64,000 bases of DNA from Octopus vulgaris. Lineage: Eukaryota. Made by a program: the position numbers and the translations under genes. Below, one piece after another: positions 54,956-64,000 of the stretch (position 1 is the stretch's first letter; every line of letters starts with the position of its first letter). The stretch spans positions 42,222,001-42,286,000 of the forward strand of contig OX597815.1 of assembly GCA_951406725.2 (NCBI GenBank), read 5' to 3'. The notes beneath the pieces were generated by a model, which saw only the letters and a list, made by a program, of their open reading frames with translations, did not search any database and had not been told where the DNA came from.

Positions 54956-54975
54956 TGATGATGATGATGATGATG

Positions 54976-55048
<73 letters not shown>

Positions 55049-55050
55049 TG

Positions 55051-55108
<58 letters not shown>

Positions 55109-55115
55109 CAACAAC

Positions 55116-55181
<66 letters not shown>

Positions 55182-55185
55182 TATT
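54913..55185. repeat. (TAA)n/(TGA)n microsatellite
   Basis: About 270 bp; source of the poly-I and poly-L ORFs. Confidence 0.97.
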
Positions 55186-57157
55186 ATAAAAAAAATAATA
55201 ATATTATATACAAATAACCTGAACGTATAAACATGTGATATATGTATTTTCATTATCGTATTAAGTAATTATTTTTTGTTGCGCTATGTAGAAATTTTGT
55301 TCTGTAGCTTTTGGGTGTGAATACAACATTTAACGATTTTACGAATTTCTCTTTTTGAACAAAAAAAAAAAAAAAGAAGAAGAAACAAAAGCAAAGCATT
55401 ATTGATGTATTTTATTATTTTAAATATTCGCACCTTGGTGTTAACTGAGCATTAGGATGTGTATTAAAAAATACAGAAACAATATTTTTTTCTTTTTTTA
55501 TGTCAGCTTCTAAAAGAGAAAACAAAGCATTTTCGCATATAAATTAATCAAATTTTTGCAATTATTAATATTATGATATAAATCTATCACTAAAACTGTG
55601 TCATTAAAATCTAACATGTCCTTTGTATTCATTAAATCTGGAAATAAGAATTCTGAATTTTATAAAGTATTGTTAGCTTTATAAACTACTTCCATAAGTT
55701 TCATAAAGGAAAATTAAAAGTTCTTAGTAATAGTCATATTAAGTTTTGACAATTATGTTGTAACTCCCCCCGCCCCGTTATCAAAGAATAAAACAAGATA
55801 GAAACATACAAGTTAGGTTCCCCCCTTAAAATTTTTTAAAGAAAGTTTCTGTTTAAGATTATATTAATCCAATCTAATTACATTAATTATATCGATTATA
55901 TTAATTCAATATAAAGCGTTGTATAAATGTTTAGAATTTTATTGTGTGATATAGTTTTAATATGAAATAAGTGTTTAAAAAATTTTGCTATGTACAGTAT
56001 AATTTTCTAATGAGATTAAATAGTTGAATTGGGAGCAATTTAGAAATTTTGCGAGAGCAAATGAAGCCTTATACATTTTATATAAATAGTTTAGAAGTTA
56101 CAAAATAGAAAGCAAACAAACAAACACGAAATGAAGTGAGAAGCATTTCAGTAAAACTCAAAGCAACAACTTTTCTTTCAGTTTACAAAAGCAATGAAAA
56201 ATTTATGTTTATTAAAGCAAAATGTCAATAAATGATGAAATGAAAAAAAAAATAATAAAAATAAATGCAGCAATTACAAATTAATAAAACATACACTCTG
56301 CTCATTAAACCGACAGGCATTCACTCCCACACACGCTCACACGCTCACAGACACATGTACCCCCACGCACGCGAACATATGCACGCGCACGCCCGCCCGC
56401 CTACACGTACTCACGGCCGTACACATGTATATATAATGTATATACGCTTGCATGAGAATGGTTTCGATAGTGTCTACGGTTTATAAATAGAAACTAGATT
56501 TTCTTTTTTTTTTTGTTGTTGAAATTGCAATTGGCTTTTAACATTTTGCTTATCATAAATATGCGCATTCTCAAAAAATATCGTATACACATATCATATA
56601 TACTTTGTTGCTACACCTATGGTGGATACGTGTGCATATATGCATGCACTCACACACGCACGGACACAGATATATGTATATATGTATATGCACGCATACA
56701 CTTACCCCAGGTTAGCGATAATAATTGTTTGCGCTGAATAGCCAAATCGATATTACATAATTTAAATATTCCTAATACTATATATATATAAATCTCTCTC
56801 TGTCTCTCTTTCTAAATACACACACACACTCTCTTTCTAAATATACACACACGCATATGCATATATATATACGTATGTGCGCGCACAAACGCACATGTAT
56901 ATGAGTATATATGTGTGTGTTTGTGTGTGTGTGTGTGCGTGTGTGTGTGAAACTAAATAAAGCCTAGCTAAACTTCAATGCATCGCTGTCCCACGATGAC
57001 TTAGCTGGCCGTATCTTCGAAGTCACAGTCAACAACATTCTTGTTTAAGAATTAAAAAAATGTACTCTTCAAAAGTGTAGAGTAACCTCATCAGATTAAT
57101 TTAAAATTGTTTTTATTATAACTGAACATAAAAACAAACATTAATCTCTCTCTCTCA

Positions 57158-57211
<54 letters not shown>

Positions 57212-57687
57212 AAACAATTCCTTGGCACCTCTCTTAAGGACACACCTATATATATATATATATATTAAACGTATATATTGTATGTTGTATATATTGCATA
57301 TATATGTATATATAAAAGAATGTGTGTATGCTCATGTGCCTATATGTTACCTGCGTGTGTGAGTGTGTGTCTGTGTGTGTGTACGTGTGCGCACGCGTCT
57401 TTGTACATGTATATATCCATGCACACACGCCCGCGCACACCCACACATACACTTGCATTCATATGATAATAACACCATTATATTTATATATGCGATATGA
57501 ATACAAGTAAACCTATGATGTAATTTTGTGCATGCTCGGATACACGCATGTGTTTGGACGATTACATGTAAATTTGCGGCAACTATGTGCAAAATACATT
57601 TATGCATATAAAATACACGGATAATGTGTATATATTTACATATGCGCGTTTATGTGTACATATCCTCAGGTATAACTATGTGATTAT

Positions 57688-57919
57688 AAGGCGGCGAGCT
57701 GGCAGAAACGTTAGCATGCCGGGCGAAATGCTGAGCGGTATTTCGTCTGGCGCAACGTTCTGAGTTCAAATTCCGCCGAGGTCGACTTTGCCTTTCATCC
57801 TTTCGGGGTCGATAAATTAAGTACCAGTTACGCACTGGGGTCGATATAATCGACTTAATACCTATGTCTGTCCTTGTTTGTCCCCTCTGTGTTTAGCCTC
57901 TTGTGGGTAATAAAGAAAT
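57688..57919 (+). mobile_element. SINE family B, full length, with 20-bp TSD
   Basis: TSD aggtataactatgtgattat at 57668-57687 and 57920-57939. Confidence 0.96.
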
Positions 57920-58391
57920 AGGTATAACTATGTGATTATGAAGCTCAGTTTTCATGTACGTAGTTTCTGGTTCGATCTCATCTCTCAGCACTTTGATCTA
58001 ATGTTTCCTACCAAAATCTCATGAGTGAAATTTGTTGACAGAAAATGTATGGAAACCTATCGGGGAAGCTATACTTGTCTTGGGTGGTAGGCTTAATCTA
58101 CTGACCGGTTTATCGCTGTCACTAGAACCAATGGATGTCTCTAGCGGAATTTACTCTGTTGTAAGCATTTATCTTTTACATTTTCCCTTTTTCTTGCTTC
58201 AGTCATTAGACTGTGGCCATGCTAGGGCACCGCCTTGAAGAGTTTTAGTTGAACGAATCGATCCCAGTATTTATTTATTTTTATTAGCCTGCCCCTATTC
58301 TATCGGCTGCCAAGCGATGGTGCGGGACGTACACAGATACAAAGACAGACGCACACGCGCACCTCCCCCTCCCCCTCCCGCCTACATAATG

Positions 58392-58479
<88 letters not shown>

Positions 58480-58763
58480 CAATAATAATAAGGGTAAAAT
58501 TAATTAATTAGTAATTAATAATTTTACCAAGTAGTGTTCAGTGTGTAAAAAGACCATTTACGGTATATTTAAAACATTACTTTATATAATTAGGGTTCAG
58601 CAAAAAAATTTACTTTACCACACACCGAACTTTTAGAAATAGCAGCCAAAGAATTTAGCTATTTCCTCTACTATAAGAAGAGTCTCCCAGACAATGTATA
58701 CTCAAAAACAATTCACGTAGGTAAAGAGGGAAAAATAACGAAAGATCACTCGTACATCGATTA

Positions 58764-58847
58764 CTTGAGAACGCCGTTTCTGGGTTAGTTAGATATAGAA
58801 ATGCTAGAAATACATACCTATATCAACATTCCTGTCATCAGCCCAAG
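58764..58847 (-). ncRNA. Type I hammerhead-like motif with long stem II, in a PLE-like insert (about 58480-58960)
   Basis: Minus strand: cttggg-CTGATGA-(54-nt hairpin)-GAAA-cggcg-TT-ctcaag; 6-bp stem I; base of stem II mismatched. Confidence 0.6.
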
Positions 58848-60823
58848 AATTCGATAAAGTTTAAATTTGAGAGCACTAAAAATCGAACATACCCGTCTGT
58901 TTTGAGTAATCCCAGACGAACCACCTTCGACCACCAGTACTAACGAATTCAAAACGTACGAAGTTTCTGTTCACCAAATCCACTCACAAGGCTTTGGTCG
59001 ACACGAGGCTACAGTTGAAGACACTTGCCCAAAATACGCAGTGGGACTGAAGCAGGAACGATGTAGTTAGATGCAACCTTCTTACGACACAGCCACGCCT
59101 GTTGCTATAGACCAGGTTCCTTGTCTTAAAGTAACCCTCTACTTTCCGTTCACTAGTCTTAGAAGCCCTTAAAGGGCCATGTGCGCTCGCGTTCCTTCTT
59201 TGACTAAGCTATTTAAAAAAGTGCGCATATATGCGAATATGTGCAAATAATATAAATATGAATATATATGTTTAAGTTCCAACTGTACCAAATTCAATGG
59301 TGTTTCCTTATGCTTTTGTGCCGATCTTTGTGTTTGTTAAGGTATAATTTCAATATTAGTATTATGTCTTAATATCAACTCCTACTACTCCTTACAAATG
59401 GCACATACATACAAACACACACATATTATATACACGCCCACCTCTATGTGTGTGTATGAGTGAAAGTTGTTGCTTAACTCAAGGTCAATCCTGATTTAGA
59501 GGATTTGTAGTCAAAACAATCTGATTATACCCATCCTGTCTGTCTTTTCAGGAATATCTCGAAATAATATTACGGAGTTTATTCGTACCTCTTTAAGGTT
59601 ACTATTTCTAGCAGGTTGCATGGCCACATAGATACTCCCCTGTCTTGTCCCATGCAACCGTTAATATATTACACTATTACATAATACATACACACATACC
59701 TGCGCAAATTCCGTAGTAATAACGATAGTTTGGGCCAATCAGTGAAATCAATATTATTTGGAAAGGAAAAGTAAGACTATTGCTCTCCCCTCGTGCATTT
59801 ACATATATATTCTTCATAGATCGGTAAAGAAAAATATAAATTTAGACTTTCGACCAGTGCCAGGATGGAGTTGCGTGTTGAAACTGAGTCACTGTCTGCA
59901 TAAATCACTACGAGATTTCTTATAGCAATCAGGTCTATACTTGATCTGGTAAAAATAACAGCAAGATATCACTCAAATACACTCCAATATCTTAAAAATG
60001 AGAAGGAAATATTAGATATGTAGCCCTAGAAATCCCCCAAACGGCAGGTAAGTTTTGTTCATAGGTCTGTTCATTCAGTATTGATTTGGGACCAAACAAC
60101 AATAACAGTTGAACAATTTATGAGGAGGTGAATTAAACTGAAAACACTCACACACACACACATACATACAAATATATAAACACATACGAGTTTAAACAAA
60201 CATACACACACGTAAGGTTAAGTTGCTGAACTGTTTAATCAGGACATGCAGAGCAGAGCTAAAACTCCCGCTTAAATTCGCTGCTTTCTACCTATAGAAA
60301 TGAAAGACAACTTTGCTTTCCTGATTCTGTTTCGCTGACAAACAGATCCTGTTCCAACAGTATACATGACTACTGACCAATGGGGAGAGCATCCAATTAA
60401 GAATTATAAACTTTTGTTGATGTTATACGAAGGCAATACACACCGAGTATCGCTTCTCTGTATATAACAAGAAGTTATTTATCATTGTGGATTACTAGGA
60501 TTACCTGTCGGAATCTGTCTCTTCCCTCTCTGTCTTTTATAAAAAGCAGATGCTTTTTTTTTTACTCACAAAACAGCCCACTGTAAATCATTACCAACAC
60601 AACATAAAAAAATTACTCATCCGTTAAAATACCATTCATTAGGGATATAGCTAGTCGAAATAGATGTATTCTAAATTAGTTTTACAGCTAAACCCATTTC
60701 TCAAAACATTTACCACTTTGAATACTGCCAAAAAGCATGTCCAATCCCTAACTCAATAACATATTTCATTTAATAACATGCCTTCGCACCAACAATTACA
60801 AAAAATACAAACATCACATCATA

Positions 60824-60938
<115 letters not shown>

Positions 60939-61499
60939 GCAACAACGTCATAAACAGCAAATGGAGGGGCCAGGAAAACAGTACCCATTCAAAGAACATG
61001 AACTGCAAACCAACGAACAAACACAAGCACTTGTGCGCGAGCGTGCACACGCACACACGCCCCCCCACATAAACACACACACACACCACACACCACACTA
61101 CACACCAAAAGCTATAAATACACCCTCAGTACCAAGTTGTAACAGTTCTCGCCTGATGATCGCTGTGACGTAAAACTCGGGTCGCGTGACAGTTTCAATC
61201 TAAATAAAACCATATCCTCTAAAACACGTGTAGAGTGCTTCTTTCTCATTCGTCGGCGTAAATAAACTTACGTATACCACTCCACACATGTTAAAAATTA
61301 ATTTTAAACAAGAACAGTGTTGAAAGTGACTTCGATGATTTGTCTCGCATAGCCTTAATTAGACTAAGCAGGTCGATACTTTAAAGTCACTGTGATTACC
61401 ATTTTAGTTAAATCATGATAAATATGTACTCTACAAGAAAGCATTGAGCAATCCTTCAGTTTGATGCATAATTGTCTTTATTATAACACGACACACCAC

Positions 61500-61715
61500 A
61501 GAAAGATGACAGAACTGTTAGCAGGCTAGACAAAATGTTAAGCGTCATTTCGTCTGCCTTTACGTTCGGAGTCCAAATACCGTCGAGGTCTACTTTGCCT
61601 TTTATCCTTTTGGGGTCGATAAATTAAGTACCAGTTAAGCACTGGGATGGATGTGATCGACAAGTCCACACACTCTCCCCAAATTTCCCGCTCTGTACCA
61701 ATAGTAGAAAGAATT
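61500..61715 (+). mobile_element. SINE family B
   Basis: ctttgccttttatccttttggggtcgataaattaagtaccag centre. Confidence 0.85.
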
Positions 61716-61935
61716 ATAACATACATACACGCAAGCTTGCATATATATATATATGACTGTAAGACGCACTTGCTTCCCAACTATAGGCTTCCGGATTCAG
61801 TCCTACTGCGTGGCACCTTGGGCAAGTGCCTTCTGCTATACCATTGGGCCGACCATATATGAGTATGTATGTATGTATGTATGTATGTATGTATGTATGT
61901 ATGTATGTATGTATGTCTATCTATCTATCTACTTT

Positions 61936-62016
<81 letters not shown>

Positions 62017-62058
62017 GTGCTTTTTTGTCCTCTTTCTTTCATTTTACGATCCCTTTTG

Positions 62059-62143
<85 letters not shown>

Positions 62144-62210
62144 GTGTGTGTGTGTGTGTGTGCGTGTGTGGCTGTGTCTGCGTTTGTCCCGCCATCACCA
62201 CCTACACATC

Positions 62211-62500
62211 AAAACAGGAGATTGGAGAAAACTTTTGGCACTATTTATTCACTATTGCACGTGCTTCATATGCTAATAGGAGTAATAAAAATTGTACATG
62301 AAGGAAAAACATGTAAGATATCTCTTATTAGAATTTCTCCTGACAGAGAATCAAATAATATTATTTGATTCTCTGTCTGAAAAAAGTTCTATGAGATACC
62401 TTACATGTTTTCCCCCCATTCATAATTTTGTTACTGATATCAGTAAATGAAACAAGTGTAATAGTGAGTAAATAGTGCCATTTTACCAATTCCTTGTTTT
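62211..62500. mobile_element. Fully palindromic fold-back MITE of about 290 bp
   Basis: Self-complementary about 62360 (gacagagaatcaaat / atttgattctctgtc; ggcactattta.tcactatt / aatagtgagtaaatagtgcc). Confidence 0.85.
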
Positions 62501-62520
62501 AATATATATATATTTACGAA

Positions 62521-62674
<154 letters not shown>

Positions 62675-62720
62675 AAAGGTGGTGTGTGTTTCCACGCAGG
62701 AAAAAATATAGGCAAATTTG

Positions 62721-63954
62721 TTGTTAAAAATGCTCCTAAATTTGGAAAACTTGTAATTGTTTAAAATACATTTATTTACATACTAGCAGTATCGCCCGGC
62801 GTTGCTCGGGTTTGTAAGGGAAATAACTATATAAGCATTTTTAAAGAGTTATAGCAAAAAAATGCATTAAAAATGGAATAAAAAATGATGGTAATTTTTT
62901 TTAAATCGTTGACTCATCGTAGACGTTTTTAGAGAGTTACTTCCCTTATATAATAGCGAAAAAATGCATTAAAATGGAAAAAATGATGGTAAATTTTTTT
63001 TTAAATCGTAGACTCATGTAGACGCTTTCTTAGCCATTTTTGTTTTGGTGTCTTCAAGCCATGAAGTCGTTGTTCTAAAAGAACGGTGGTCTCCTTGACA
63101 ACGCATTACGACGTTGATTTCCTTACACTCCCTTCCCCACAGCTTCCCGAGGGAGGGAAGAAGGGGAGAAGCAACACAGGTGCAGCTGTGAGCGTGGACG
63201 CCAACTCCGCCGCCATCGACACACGAAAAAATATGCATTAAAATGGAATAAAAAATTATGTTAAATTATTTTAAAAATCGTAGACTTATCGCAGACGCGC
63301 GCTAATACCCAGACGGGCTCGATATGAATAACGACTATAAGATACCCGAATTTGGTTAAACTGCACCGCAAAATGTGGGAGTAGTTAGGAATCTAAATCG
63401 AAGTGGACAGACACTCACACAACTACAGTTTTATATATATATAGATATACCAAACTAGTTTCAACAATATTTTTTGTTTATCAATGGTAAAATTTTTAAA
63501 TTATGAATCAGAAAAACATCTTTAAAAGTTTCTAGGAAAGAGGATCAGTGAAACTGTAAACCAAATTCCCTTTTTTTACTTTCTTCATTTCTCCCTTGTT
63601 TTTTCCCTTCTTAACTCAGTATGACTGAAACTTCGATGATATTCATTTCTTGTCGATTACTACTAACACTAATGAGCTTCGTACATTCAAACAAATTGAT
63701 GTACAGTTTTAATATTATTGACTGCTATAAACATTTAAACCTGTCAACACTGACATTCCTATACCTGTCCTCCTAATTCATAATTCTAAATTTGTCTCTT
63801 ATGAACATTTTAATTTGCCAACATTGAAACTTTTAAAGATGTTTTTTTTTAATTCATAAACAAAAAATATTGTTGAAACTAGATTGGTAATATGTGTAAA
63901 TAAACGTATTTTAAACAATTACAAATTTTCCAAATTTAGGTGCATTTTCAACAA
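62721..63954. mobile_element. Long-TIR MITE whose left arm is interrupted by a Helitron
   Basis: 62721-62782 plus 63446-63532 form the inverse of 63826-63954. Confidence 0.85.
62783..63445 (-). mobile_element. Non-autonomous Helitron
   Basis: Minus strand begins TC after A and ends hairpin + CTAG before T; three internal repeats of about 65 bp (aaaatgcattaaaatggaa..aaatcgt). Confidence 0.92.
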
Positions 63955-63980
63955 TCTCTCTCTCTCTCTTTATATATATA

Positions 63981-64000
63981 CTAGCAGTATCGCCCGGCGT
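63981..64000 (-). mobile_element. 3' end of a third Helitron copy, cut by the window edge
   Basis: ctagcagtatcgcccggcgt is identical to 62783-62802. Confidence 0.85.

Overview
Eukaryotic, very AT-rich and microsatellite-dense genomic DNA with one 100-N assembly gap. The SINE families and (TA)n/(CA)n/(TATG)n density suggest a coleoid cephalopod such as Octopus; this is an inference. I recognise no intact host protein-coding gene, and almost all listed ORFs are microsatellite or antisense artefacts. The window is a transposon graveyard. It holds about 30 tRNA-headed SINE copies of 3-4 families, decayed mariner, Tc1 and DD37D-type transposases, MITEs and fold-backs, a hAT MITE, three non-autonomous Helitrons, and LINE remnants (Hero-like, Jockey/CR1-like, Tx1/L1-like, R4/Dong-like). 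It also holds many Penelope-like element (PLE) fragments. The most interesting signals are: (i) many hammerhead-ribozyme (HHR) motifs tied to PLE-derived sequence, including a nearly canonical type I HHR at 13160-13223; (ii) a conserved GAAA-N24/25-CUGANGA arrangement in several diverged repeats; (iii) a Helitron whose interior was replaced by a copy of a composite segment 3.3 kb away; (iv) a compact CRE + E-box + YY1 motif cluster at about 38.6 kb. Boundaries of degenerate elements were read by eye and are approximate.
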